A stretch of 63,150 nucleotides of DNA, the filler included, from Octopus bimaculoides (taxonomy: Eukaryota), in assembly GCF_001194135.2 (NCBI RefSeq). It is 5 parts of 4 records of this genome, joined end to end, with 100 filler letters (N's around TTAATTAATTAA, not from the genome) between each part and the next. Parts side by side here need not be neighbours in the genome. Positions count along the whole stretch, not along the records: positions 1 to 20,707 come from NC_068984.1; positions 20,808 to 29,393 come from NC_068983.1; 3 more parts are not named here. One strand, given 5' to 3'. The position numbers and the translations under genes are program-made. The notes beneath the pieces are model-generated. The model made no database searches. It was not told the origin of the DNA and saw only the letters and a list, made by a program, of their open reading frames with translations. Position 1 is the first letter of the stretch; every line of letters begins with the position of its first letter. Below, one piece after another: positions 11,736 through 23,800 of the stretch.

Positions 11736-11904
11736 CATATACACAGCATATATATATTATATATATGTAAGTATGTATGTATGTATCTATGCCTATATAT
11801 ATGTGAGATAATAGTTTCAGTATTAAAGTGAAAATACAATAGAGAGATGTTATTTTTTCACTTTTGACACAAAATACTGCAATAGTGGAGGAGATGTGAT
11901 ATTG

Positions 11905-12070
11905 CACTGGGCTCGCACTAGGCCAGAAGTTAAAAAATTTGGGGGCCTAAAACACTACCTGGAATCTAAGGTATGTGTAAAATTTGAATGAAATTGAGTA
12001 GTTCTCAAGTTTTAGGGATTCACACAGACAGGCAGACAGACACACATTCTCATCTTTACATATATAGATA
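11905..12070 (+). mobile_element. 3' fragment of a Helitron-like element
   Basis: aaaatttgaatgaaattg...cacacagacaggcagacagacacacattctcatctttacatatatagat parallels the 3' end at 10660-10738. Confidence 0.4.
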
Positions 12071-12130
12071 AAGAAATTCCTCAAATCACCAATCTGACAA
12101 TTGCATATATGTATTTATATATACTCCTTA

Positions 12131-12347
12131 CTCTTTTACTTGTTTCAGTCATTTGACTGCAGCCATGCTGGAGCACCGCCTTTTTAGTCAAGCAAATCGA
12201 CCCCAGGACTTATTCTTTGGAAGCCTAGTACTTATTCTATCGGTCTCTTTTTGCCGAACTGCTAAGTTACGGGGACGTAAACACACCACCATCGGTTGTC
12301 AAGTGATGTTGGGGGGGACAAACACAGACACACAAACATATACACAC

Positions 12348-12404
<57 letters not shown>

Positions 12405-12562
12405 TACGACAGGCTTCTTTCAGTTTCCGTCTACCAAATCAACTCACAAGGCTTTGGTCAGCTCGAGGCTACAGTAGAAGACACTTGCCCAAGGTGCCAC
12501 GCAGTGGGAATGAACCCGGAACCATGTGGTTGGTAAGCAAGCTACTTACCACACAGCCACTC
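12131..12562 (-). mobile_element. tRNA-derived SINE family 1, full length
   Basis: Minus-strand head has A box TGGCTGTGTGG and B box GGTTCATTCC, then a central (TA)n and the 3' tail ggtgctccagcatggctgcagtcaaatgactgaaac. Confidence 0.88.
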
Positions 12563-13509
12563 GTATACAGTTGTGTATATTGTAATCTTCCAATACTGAA
12601 ACATAAGTATATATAATATAAGTATCAACTAAAGTAGGATATAATTAAGGAAGTATATTATATACCTTGCTGGAAATTTTGGTTATATCCTTTAAGTATT
12701 ATTTTGTGATGTGCAAACTGATACCATGAGTTTACTGTCAGATATACTCATTAGGTTATTTTTGTATTATCTGAAATAGAATACTTGCATATCGATTAAT
12801 CCCCCAAAATTGAATTAATATTGACTTTTATCAGATACTTTGTATATTTATAGATAAATATATAAATATATGATAAATAAGACTCCAAAGTATATGTAGA
12901 TGCATATAACACTAAAGGGTTGCACCTGATTGATTTGGAAATTTGCTTTCCCAAATTATTTATATATTTATATATATATATACATATATATATATTTATT
13001 TATTTATATATACATATATATATTTATTTATATATGCATACATATATTTATTTATAAATTTCAGGGTAGCAAAAAAATTTAGAAATTCTTTTTGCTACCA
13101 GTGGTCTAGTGAGAAGAAAAACTAGTCAATAGACTATATATTATTCAAATAAATATATACAGTGTACATTTAAACACATAAGAGATGTCCATATGACATT
13201 TTGGCTAATTTCTGGAAGAAAATCGGCAGTTTTTATATTTGCTGCCGATAAGAAAACTGCACTTGCGCGGTAGATATGAAAAATGATAACATATAAGCAC
13301 GAGGCATGTTCTCTGTATTGCCTTGTGTTTATATGTTAATCTTGGCTTTCCTGCTGATGATAGCTGGCGTAGCAAATTTTTTTTTTTTTTGCTGAAAATA
13401 GCTTGAAAGCATGGTACAGGAAATAGATGGGAAATGTTTTTATTTTTCATTCCCTTTCAAAATTGTCCCTAATTGTGGTTTGGAGTTTGACTGCTCCTTC
13501 TAGCGGGTT

Positions 13510-14933
13510 AGATATCCTGTTAGATGTCTGAATCTCAATGTGGCCTCCGATCTGGTAGAGGGACAATGGATATGATTTTCACAGCAAGACAGATGCAGGA
13601 GAAGTGCTATGAGCAGAATATGGATCTTGTCCAGGTCTTCATTGATTTAACAAAGGCCTTTGATACTGTAAATAAGGCCTTTCTATGGAAAATACTTGGC
13701 AAACTTGGATGTCCGGATCACTTTGTATCTATAATTAAATCATTTCATGATGGGCTGGAGGCTTGTGTCAATGTTGGTGGTGGCATGGCGGGACCCGTTC
13801 CTGTAGAGAATGGTGTCAAGTAGGGTGACATCCTTGCCCCAACTCTCTTTTCTTTGTACTTTGCTGCTGCTTTTAGTCATGCTTTTTGCTAAGGTTAGCT
13901 CTCTGGAAATATATGTCAGATATTGATCTCCTGGCCGCCTCTTTAATCTTCACCGATTTGCTGCCAATTCAAAGGTTCTACAGTCTATTATTCATGACCT
14001 CCTTTATGCAAATGACTGTGACTTAGTCACTCATACAGTGGATGACATGCAAATACTCATGAATTGCATTTCTGCTTCTTGCAAGGCATTTGGTCTTAGC
14101 ATTAGCCTGGACAAGACTGTTGTAATGTTCCAGCCTGCACCAGGAAATCCATATGTGGTACCAGCTATCTTGGTTGAAGGAACAATTCTGAAGGTAGTAG
14201 ACAAGTTTGTCTACCCGGGCAGCACACTCAGCCTGCTCCCTGGATGAGGAAATATTTTTCAGGTTGCAGAGAGCAACTAATTCCTTTCAGTCTCTTAAGT
14301 CTCGTGTCTGGTCCCAGCATGGCATAGCAAGGCAAACAAAAGTTGCTGTGTACCGTGCATGGGTACTGACATCGCTTCTCTACTCATGTGAGACATGGAC
14401 TCTGTACAAATGTCAGGCAAGGGTCCTTGAACGCTTTCATCAGAGATGTCTCAGACACATTCTCAATGTTGGCTGGACCTCAGAAATTCCAGACACACAG
14501 GTCCTGCAGACAGCTGATATCTTGAGTATTGAGGTGATGGTGCACAAGCACCAGTTACGTTGGACTGGACACCTTATTACAATGAAGGATAGCAGGATTC
14601 CTAAGCAGATGCTATATGGAGAATTTGTGAATGGAAGGAGACTCTAGCAGAAACCAATGCTGCGATTTAAGGACTGTGTCAAGTCCTCATTAAAGGCCTG
14701 TGATATGCAGGACACTGACTGAGAGAACAATGCCTGTCATCGCCACAGATGGACGAATCAGGTTAAGGAGGGGATCAACACTTTTGAGAGAGCACGTATC
14801 CAACATGAAGAACTTAAGCGAGCTGCGCGAAAGCGCACGGTTTGTATAGTGAATGGGGAAAGCTTGATCTGCAATGTTTGCAATCGTGTATGCTTGTCAA
14901 GAGCAGGACTCATTAGCCACCAACGGAGCCGCA
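13510..14933 (+). mobile_element. 5'-truncated RTE-clade (BovB-like) LINE: RT and C-terminal C2H2 finger, disrupted
   Basis: ESQCGLRSGRGTMDMIF...FIDLTKAFDTV...NGVK*GDILAPTLF...LLYANDCDL...LLYSCETW...LRWTGHL...PKQMLYGE...CNVCNRVCLSRAGLISHQRSR. Confidence 0.9.
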
Positions 14934-15033
14934 NNNNNNNNNNNNNNNNNNNNNNNNNNNNNNNNNNNNNNNNNNNNNNNNNNNNNNNNNNNNNNNNNNN
15001 NNNNNNNNNNNNNNNNNNNNNNNNNNNNNNNNN

Positions 15034-17390
15034 AGCTGAGGTAAGAGCTCTCTGAACTTTGCCCAGGCTATTCTTATTCTAGCGGCAACACTTTCAGCAC
15101 ACCCTTCCCTGCTACAGACTTGGTCACCTAGGTAACGGAAGCTATCAACTACTTCTAGTTTTTCTCCCTGGAATGTGGCAGAAGTTGTTCTCTGCACATT
15201 TTCAGTGTTTATTACTCCTGAACATGTGTCACATACAAAAACTATCTTGCTAGTTAGCCTTCCTTTAATATTGCTGCACCTCTTATGTGTCCATAGCTTA
15301 CCCTGGGTACATCTTATAGATTTCTCCCTACGCCTTTTCTACAGATCGAGCAGGGCCATCTATCTGAAGGGGTTTGTGGTTTGTCTACCTTCCTACTTAT
15401 TAGGACTTTGGTTTTAGCTAGGTTGACTCGAAGGCCCTTTGATTCTAATCCTTGCTTCCACACCTGAAATTACTTCTCTAGTTCTGATAGTGACTCAGCA
15501 ATTAGTGGAAGGTCATCAGCATAGAGGAGCTCCCAGGGGCATCCTGTCTTGAATTCCTCTGTTATAGCCTGGAGGACTATGATAAATAGGAGGGGGCTGA
15601 GGACGGAACTTTGGTGGACCCCCACTTTTACATGGAATTCTTCACTGTACTCGTTGCCAACCCTCATCTTATTGATGACATCCATGTACATGACTTGCAC
15701 AGCTCACACTAGCCATTCATTTATCCCAAGTTTCCTCATTGACCACCAGATAACGGATCGGGGGACCCTGTCAGAGGCTTTCTCCATGTCAACGAAAGCC
15801 AGGTACAGAGGTTTATCTTTGGATAGGTATTTCTCCCGCAGCTGTCTTACCAGAAATATAGCATCAGTGGTGCTTTTCCCTGGCACGAACCCAAACTGTA
15901 TCTCATCTAAACTGACTATCTCCCTAATTAGTCGGGCTATGACCCTCTTCGTGACCTTCATTACCTGATCCAACAACTTGATACCTCTGTAATTATTTGT
16001 GTCTAAAGCATCACCTTTACCTTTGTAGCAGTTGACTATGGTGCTACTACACCAGTCATTGGGTATGACTCCTTCGTGTATCACCTGGTTAACTATACNN
16101 NNNNNNNNCTACTACACCAGTCATTGGGTATGACTCCTTCGTGTATCACCTGGTTAACTATACGGGTGACTAAGCTATAGCCAACACTGCCAGAAATTTT
16201 GATCATCTCTGCAGTGATTCCTGATGGGCCGGGGGCCTTCCCTGTCTTCATACTCTTGATTGCTTTATCTACCAGTGTACTGTCAATTAGGATAGCTGGT
16301 CCCTCTGTTGGGTTGATATGCGGCAGATTCTCTTTCTCCCATTAATTCTCTTTATTAAGCAACCTTTTATAATGGCGTCTCCAAACGTCTCTCTTTGTTG
16401 CCTCGTTTAGTGCAAGTGAACCATCATCCATGCGGACACATTTCTCTCCTACGACATCACGATTCTCTCTCACAGTCTTGCAATACGAAATACTTCAAGT
16501 CTTTGGTCCTCATGGTGCAGAACATTGGCAAATTTTTTCTTATCTGCTTCCCCTCTGGCTAAATAAACCTGTCTCCTAGCTTCCCTTCTGGCAATCTGAT
16601 ACAATTCCCTGCTACCTCGGTTCTTCCAGTCCTTCCAAGCCTGTTTCTTTTGTCTAATAGCCCTGTGAACCACATTGGTCCACCACCACATTACCTTGGG
16701 TGGAGAGGGGACTTTGCACCATACACAGATCTGGTTAGTGGCTCTCAGCAGGTTGTCCAGTAGACACCTCCAGTTGTCTTCCATATTATGTGATGCTATA
16801 TCCCCTTGTATTTTGTTGAAGGCTTCAAGTAATTCGTCTCTAAATCTCTGTCCATTTGCAGGATCTTTAATATTTCAGACCCATCTCTTCCAAGCTGGTC
16901 TACTTCTGGGCATCCATTTAGCCTTGATCCCGAAGTCACTAACTACTGATCTATGTTGAGGGGTACATTCTTCGCCAGGGAAGGTTTTGGCATTTATAAG
17001 CAGCCCTCTTTCCTTTTTCTGGCGAGGATGTAGTCAATTTGGCTAGTGTGTCTGCCAGAACGGTAGGTGACTAGGTGACGGACGGGTTTCCTGAAGTTGG
17101 TATTGCAAACCATAAGATCATTTGCATCGCAGAACTCCAGCAGTCTGGTTCCCTCCTCATTGCGGGAACCAAAGCCANNNNNNNNNNGGTATTGCAAACC
17201 ATAAGATCATTTGCATCGCAGAACTCCAGCAGTCTGGTTCCCTCCTCATTGCGGGAACCAAAGCCATAGCCTCCATGTACGTCATGGAAGCCCCCTGCAT
17301 GTTGTCCAACATGTCCATTGAAATCACCAACCACAAAAAGAAGAACCCTGTCATTTGTCAATGAGGTAGTCTGCGATAGGGTGTCATAAA
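15034..17390 (-). mobile_element. RTE-clade LINE (APE endonuclease + RT), gapped and disrupted
   Basis: GDFNGHVG...RNEEGTRLLEFC...SQIDYIL; NYRGIKLL...QFGFVPGKSTTDAIF...FVDMEKA.DRVPR...GVHQSSVLSPLLF...LLYADDL...VDSFRYLG. Confidence 0.92.
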
Positions 17391-18412
17391 NNNNNNNNNN
17401 NNNNNNNNNNNNNNNNNNNNNNNNNNNNNNNNNNNNNNNNNNNNNNNNNNNNNNNNNNNNNNNNNNNNNNNNNNNNNNNNNNNNNNNNNNNNNNNNNNNN
17501 NNNNNNNNNNNNNNNNNNNNNNNNNNNNNNNNNNNNNNNNNNNNNNNNNNNNNNNNNNNNNNNNNNNNNNNNNNNNNNNNNNNNNNNNNNNNNNNNNNNN
17601 NNNNNNNNNNNNNNNNNNNNNNNNNNNNNNNNNNNNNNNNNNNNNNNNNNNNNNNNNNNNNNNNNNNNNNNNNNNNNNNNNNNNNNNNNNNNNNNNNNNN
17701 NNNNNNNNNNNNNNNNNNNNNNNNNNNNNNNNNNNNNNNNNNNNNNNNNNNNNNNNNNNNNNNNNNNNNNNNNNNNNNNNNNNNNNNNNNNNNNNNNNNN
17801 NNNNNNNNNNNNNNNNNNNNNNNNNNNNNNNNNNNNNNNNNNNNNNNNNNNNNNNNNNNNNNNNNNNNNNNNNNNNNNNNNNNNNNNNNNNNNNNNNNNN
17901 NNNNNNNNNNNNNNNNNNNNNNNNNNNNNNNNNNNNNNNNNNNNNNNNNNNNNNNNNNNNNNNNNNNNNNNNNNNNNNNNNNNNNNNNNNNNNNNNNNNN
18001 NNNNNNNNNNNNNNNNNNNNNNNNNNNNNNNNCTTCTGCACTTGTACACTATGGTTGACAAATTTAGAGAGAATGAATTAACGAAATGATAAACTTGAAT
18101 AGAATAAATAAAATGTGATGATTAATGGATATGCATGAACTTAAGACAAACAAGGAAGACGAAGCTATCGGAACTATGTTTACATGGTAAAGAAATAGAT
18201 AGATAATAAAGAACGAATGGTGGGGTGGGGGTTATGATCTATGCAGAAACAGGAGTACATGAACGAGGTTGAAAAGACAAAATTTCTTACCTGTGCATCT
18301 TCTGAAATTTGTATTCTATCAGCAGAGGAATTGAAAATCATGTAGGGGAAACAGAGCATTGCACTGGTTTATATAGAGTTAGGGTTAGAGGGAGAAGTGT
18401 TGGCGAATCAGG

Positions 18413-18836
18413 TGGTAAAATCAAAGAGAGAAAGAGACAGACAGACGGACAGTGAGACAGAGAGAGAGGGGTCCGAGTTAGGTGGACAGGCAGTAAATAC
18501 AACACGAGGAAGAATATTCTTTGGGATTTTGGGTAACATAATTTAATGAAACAGCAAATGCCGAAATTGTGAGATAGAATTGAAAAATATTTTTTGGGAT
18601 TTTGGAAAACATAATTTAAAGAAACAGCAGTGGTAAATCAAAGAGAGAGAGAGAGTGAGGCAGAGAGATAGGGGTCCAAGTTAGGTGGACAGGCAGTAAA
18701 TACAACACGAGGAAGAGGAATATTCTTTGAGATTTGGGGTAACATAATTGAATGAAACAGCAAATGCCGAAATCGTGAGATAGAATTGAAAAATATTTTT
18801 GGGGATTTTGGGAAACATAATTTAATGAAACATCAA

Positions 18837-18840
<4 letters not shown>
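18413..18840 (+). repeat. Two-unit tandem duplication (about 215 bp) with an internal subrepeat
   Basis: gtggtaaa.tcaaagagag...gttaggtggacaggcagtaaatacaacacgaggaag...gagatagaattgaaaaatattt occurs twice (about 18413 and 18630). Confidence 0.85.
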
Positions 18841-18877
<37 letters not shown>

Positions 18878-19099
18878 GTTGTATACTGCCATCTTAACTT
18901 GACAGTCCCAATAAGGGAATATACTACTGCTATTTAGCCCTAGGAAGCTGGACCGCTTCCTGTCGGCCTTGACACATTTCTTGTGTCCTTATCTTTGCGA
19001 GGGGGAGACAAACTCCTCCACCCAGCCTAGCCTGCATTCAGGGACATATTTCTGAGTCTTTGCTCGTCATTAGCCTGAAGTAGCACGACTAATTCTCTT

Positions 19100-20707
19100 T
19101 ATTATGATAATAATGTATCATACATAGAGGGGACAATACAGGACACTACAAACATTTAAGAATTGTCATTTAGTGAGTCTTTTTTTTATTTTTTTAAGAA
19201 AATATACGTTAAAAATATATTTAAAATTTTTTTAAAAACTTGGAATATTTCCATTGGTTTACAATTAATTTCGGGTACACCAGTCTTCACCTTTGGATTT
19301 TTATCAGGAAAGTTGAAGTAGAACCACTCACTCCCAATTTCCTTCCTACTTCCTTCCACTTTTCCTCATATACTCTTCTAGACAGGTGTCTTCTGTCCAA
19401 CCCTATCTTGCTTTTCAGGTGGTACCTGAAATAGTATAGCATTCCAGGGCCGGAGATGAAGGTTCCTGTCTTCATACCTTGCATTCGAGTTCTCCATGCA
19501 CACTCTTTCATAACTGTGACTGTACATAGAAAACAAACCTCACCTTCCTTAGGTAGTCCGATGGGTGGTACATTCTTAATCACAGACTCAGCCAATAGCT
19601 GTACTCTTCCCAGGTGCAACAGCAGGTGTTCAATGTAAATTGTCATCTCCAAAAGATGGGTGCACTGAACAAGAGCGTGCAGGATAGTTTCCTTCTCCTG
19701 CCCACATCTTGGACATTCGGGTGGCACTGAAATCCCGTGCCTGGACAATTTCTCATGGACAGGTAACGCATTCCTGAAACACTGCCAAGTCAGGGATCTT
19801 TGGTAATTATCCAAATACCCCGCCCTGAAAGTGTTCCAAAACAGGTTGGATAGCTGGTTCTCATCGAGCCCCAGTGTCTCTCCTAGCACGTCGTCACTTT
19901 TAAACTCTACCAACCCTTTGTAAAATGCAGAGGTGGTATTCCCGCTGCTGGCCTTACCCGCCTTGTGGATTAGCGCAAGTGCCTGCTGCCATTCCTTTTG
20001 CCATTCAGTCGATTTCTGTCTTTTAATCAAACCGGATTTAAATTCCTCAAGAGAGGCTGGTCGTGGAAAGAATTCCTCGGCGAGCGAATTCCACACCTGA
20101 CCACCATCCAGGTAAGACCAGAGATGCCTTAGTCTCAGTGCATGTTTGCATATCAACAACCATGGCATCCCTAGGCCACCCTTTAACAGTTCCTGACAGC
20201 ACACAGAGCGCCTCACAAGCGGCTTTCCCCTCCACAAAAAGCGAAAGAGAATCCGAACCAGCTTGTTTAGCCACAAATTGGGGCAAGGGACGACGGTCAG
20301 GTGGTAGGTGATAACTGACACAATAAACGTCTGCACCACCTCCGCCCTTCCTTTCAGAGACAGCGCCCTACCAGACCAAGTCCGGGTTAGCGCTTCTACC
20401 CTGTCCGTCACCTCACTCCAATTTTTCTCCATCTGGGAGTCCGGACCAAACCAAACTCCAAGCAACTTAACAGGACCATCCGTCCAGTGTCCCACAACAC
20501 TGGATGTTATCGACTTGCTGCTCCAGGTGCCGAGCCGCAAACCAACAGACTTGTCTTTGTAAACTTTTGCCCCTGCCACCGTCTCGTATCTTCTGATTGC
20601 CTCTGCTACGCGAGGTAGCTGAGTCATCTTGGATACGGTGATGGTGACGTCATCCACATACGCTAAGACACCTTTACCACATCCTATTTCATTAGTGGTG
20701 CTTCCCA
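19100..20707 (-). mobile_element. Tx1/L1-clade LINE copy C, 3' portion running into a gap
   Basis: RT C-half plus CPRC...HALVQC, a 3' UTR and AATAAA. Homologous to copies A and B but a distinct subfamily. Confidence 0.9.
19287..20657 (-). CDS. Uninterrupted 456-aa C-terminal part of Tx1 ORF2 (RT from YVDD to the zinc finger)
   Basis: ORF track; AYVDDVTI...LLGVWFGPD...WSGRALSLKGR...CPRCGQEKETILHALVQC. The frame appears to continue upstream to the N gap at 20708. Confidence 0.8.
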   Translation of the reverse strand: MDDVTITVSKMTQLPRVAEAIRRYETVAGAKVYKDKSVGLRLGTWSSKSITSSVVGHWTDGPVKLLGVWFGPDSQMEKNWSEVTDRVEALTRTWSGRALSLKGRAEVVQTFIVSVITYHLTVVPCPNLWLNKLVRILFRFLWRGKPLVRRSVCCQELLKGGLGMPWLLICKHALRLRHLWSYLDGGQVWNSLAEEFFPRPASLEEFKSGLIKRQKSTEWQKEWQQALALIHKAGKASSGNTTSAFYKGLVEFKSDDVLGETLGLDENQLSNLFWNTFRAGYLDNYQRSLTWQCFRNALPVHEKLSRHGISVPPECPRCGQEKETILHALVQCTHLLEMTIYIEHLLLHLGRVQLLAESVIKNVPPIGLPKEGEVCFLCTVTVMKECAWRTRMQGMKTGTFISGPGMLYYFRYHLKSKIGLDRRHLSRRVYEEKWKEVGRKLGVSGSTSTFLIKIQR

Positions 20708-20808
20708 NNNNNNNNNNNNNNNNNNNNNNNNNNNNNNNNNNNNNNNNNNNNTTAATTAATTAANNNNNNNNNNNNNNNNNNNNNNNNNNNNNNNNNNNNN
20801 NNNNNNNT

Positions 20809-23800
20809 TTTTATTATCCATAAGGACATACATAGAAGAGACTGCACAATGAAATCGAATGATTTTACATGAAATGCGATTGGGGTCCTTTTAAAAATTC
20901 TAAATACATTATATATAATACGGATGATAGGACACAATAAGACATAACAGATGGAGTGGAGGCGGGTTTATAACGGACCCCACGACCCCGCCTTACCACT
21001 GACCTGGGTTTTAAAACCATATAGCATTTACGCGGAGCCTTTCATGCCCAACATTCGTGCGACATTCTTCCGTCTTTTTCCAAACATGTCTTCAGTCAAA
21101 CATCTCCTCTCCAGCCCTATTTGCTTTTTAAGTGGAAGATGAAAAAATTCGCCAGATTAGGGCCAGAGATGAAGGTGCCTGACCTTATTCCTTTCATTCT
21201 TGTCTTCCATATAATCCCTCTCGCAGTTGCTACTACAGAGAGAAAACAATTCTTACCTTCTTTCGTTAAGAAATCCGGTAGGTTAATTTTCACTATAGTC
21301 GACAGCTTTACTCCTCCTCCACCTGACATCAGTTGTTCGGCATAAACCCACATGTCAGACACTTCCTGGCACTGAACAATAGCGTGCGGGACGGTTTCCT
21401 TGTCCCGCCCACATCTTGGACAGATCGGAGTGTCTCGACCACCGTACCTTGAGAGTTTATCCCGGACAGGTAAGGCTCCGCGGTAAGGCTGCCATGCTAA
21501 AGACTTCTGAAAATTATCCAGGGTCTTCGGCCTGAATGTACGTTGGAACAGACTGGCCAGCTAATTATCGTCAAAACCTAGGGTCTCCTCCAATGTATCA
21601 TCGCATTCCGCCTCTACAAACCCTCTATAAAAGACAGCGGTGGAACCACTACCACAGGCATTGCCCGAGCGACGGAAAAGCAGGGGTGCCTTGCGACACT
21701 CCGTATACCATGTACCCAACTTCGATCAACGGTTGAACCAGGTTTTCCGTCCACCGAAACTAGTGAACCTGGGAAACATCTGTTTCGTCAGCGAAGACCA
21801 CACCTGTTCACCATCCAAGTAGAACCACAGGTGCCTCAACCTCGGCGCATGTTTGCGCATCAATAGCCAAGGCATCCCTATCCCACCCTTTAATGGTTGT
21901 TGACAGCAAATAGAGCGTCTCACAAGCGGTTTCGAGCCCTGCCACAAGAAGTGGAAGAGCTGTCTTTCCAGCTTGATCAACCACGAATCAGAACAAGGCA
22001 CGACGATTAGGCAGTATGTGATGACCGATGCGATAAACACATTGTCCACCTCCACCCTCCCTTTCAGGGTTAGCCACCGCCAAGACCAGGTCTTCGCAAT
22101 GTGGATCACCCTGCTCAATACCTCAGCCCAATTCTTCTCTATTTGGAGGTCTGGTCCTAACCAAACCCCTAGCAACTTAATCGGACCCTCCGTTCAACGT
22201 CCCACGACGCTGTCAGGAGGTATCGACTTGTCTCTCTAGGTGCCGAGCTGCAAGCCGACTGATTTTTCACGATTAACTTTTGCTCCTGCTACCGTCTTGT
22301 ATTCCTCAATGGCCTTGCTTACCCTCTGTAGACGAGCCATTTTGGTCGCGATGATGGTGATGTCATCCACGTAGGCTGAAACCGACATCTCACAACCTGG
22401 CTGTCTCGAAATGCAGCTCAGCCTTCGCAGCAATGGCTCAAGAGCCATCGCATACAGAAACAGGGAGAGTGGACATCCTTGACGAACAGAGCATTTGAGG
22501 TGGAACGGCTTAGAAAGAAAGCCGTTCACCCGAACTACCGAGTCAATGTTATACATTTGAATGATCCACCTGAGGAAGCCAAGGCCCACGCTGAACTGTG
22601 CCAGAACGGACAGCAGGTAGTGCTGGTCGATCCTATCAAAAGCCTTTGATTGGTCTAAATGGACCAATGCCCTCCCTTGCCGGAATCGTTATTAATTCCC
22701 TCTATAGTGTATCGTATAAGATGGAAATTATCCTGAATGGATCTGCCGGGGATGGCACATGTCTGTGCTCCCACGATCATCCCATCCGCGACACGCGCCA
22801 ATCTTTTCGATAACACTTTGACCAAAATCTTCAGCTCTGCGTTGAGCAGAGTGATGGGCCTAAAATTATCAATGACATCCCCCTTGTTCGGGTCCTTTCT
22901 GACGAACGTCACCACTCCCCGGCGTACAGATCTGTGTATGAGCCCATTCTGTTGCCAGTTCGCGTAGTCACTCGCCGATAGGTGTCCCAACAAGTCCAAC
23001 ATATTCTTATACAGCTCGTAGGGTAGACCATCCATTCCTGGCGCCTTACCCGCGCCGCAGTCTTTTATCTCCTCAGGCGTGATCAGCCCCTCACTACACC
23101 TCGCATCCTGCCCCGAGAGGCGCGGCAGCCCGACGAGGAAGTCCGTTACGTCCTTCCTACACTCCGGCCCCCCACCCCCGTCCCCCACCGAAAAGCTGCG
23201 CGAAGTGGTCCTGAAAGATCTCACACATTTCCTTGGGTTCGTCTATCAACTTACTTTGTTGGTTCCTCAAAGATCGAATTGTGGCATCATTTCCACGTTG
23301 GGCTTCCACCACTCGGGCCCATCCCGCGGCATTGATTCTCTCGCAACGCATTGCATGTTGTCTAGCCCTGACAATGCAACCCATGTGTTTGCCTTCGAGG
23401 TGCTGGTTTAACACCAGTTTCTTGGCCTTCACCTGAGCCGCAGAGCCAGTTCGCATTGCTTCCTCTAAGTCCTTACTAGAGTTGATTCCCTTCTAGCCTC
23501 TCTAGCCACTAAGCCTATGCTATATCTAAGAGACTCATATTTAGTGGCTCGCTTGAGGGTATACCACTATTTGTTGTTAATGAATCCGGTTAATGCCCTC
23601 TGAATTAACATCTTAATCCGGTCTCTGTACTCCTTAATCGCCAAAAGGGACGTATTAAGTATCCAGAAGCCGGGACCTCTACATAACTTATCTATGTTGA
23701 GCTTACAGGTAACCATCTTGTGATCGCTGTAGCTGACCATGTGGAACTGTGGACACCCAGCTATCTTATCTACTTTTCTAATTAATACTCTATCTAGATA

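Noticed and set aside
16044-16163. Direct repeats flanking 10-N gaps (also 17099-17266; similar around 58190-58610)
   Set aside because: Exact duplicates on both sides of a tiny gap indicate unmerged contig overlaps.
18378-18390. GTTAGGGTTAG telomere-like motif
   Set aside because: Fewer than two full units; expected by chance.
20752-20763. TTAATTAATTAA islands centred in 100-bp N runs (also 29438-29449, 56014-56025, 61440-61451)
   Set aside because: An identical 12-mer with 44 N on each side and stops in all frames is an artificial scaffolding spacer, not biology.
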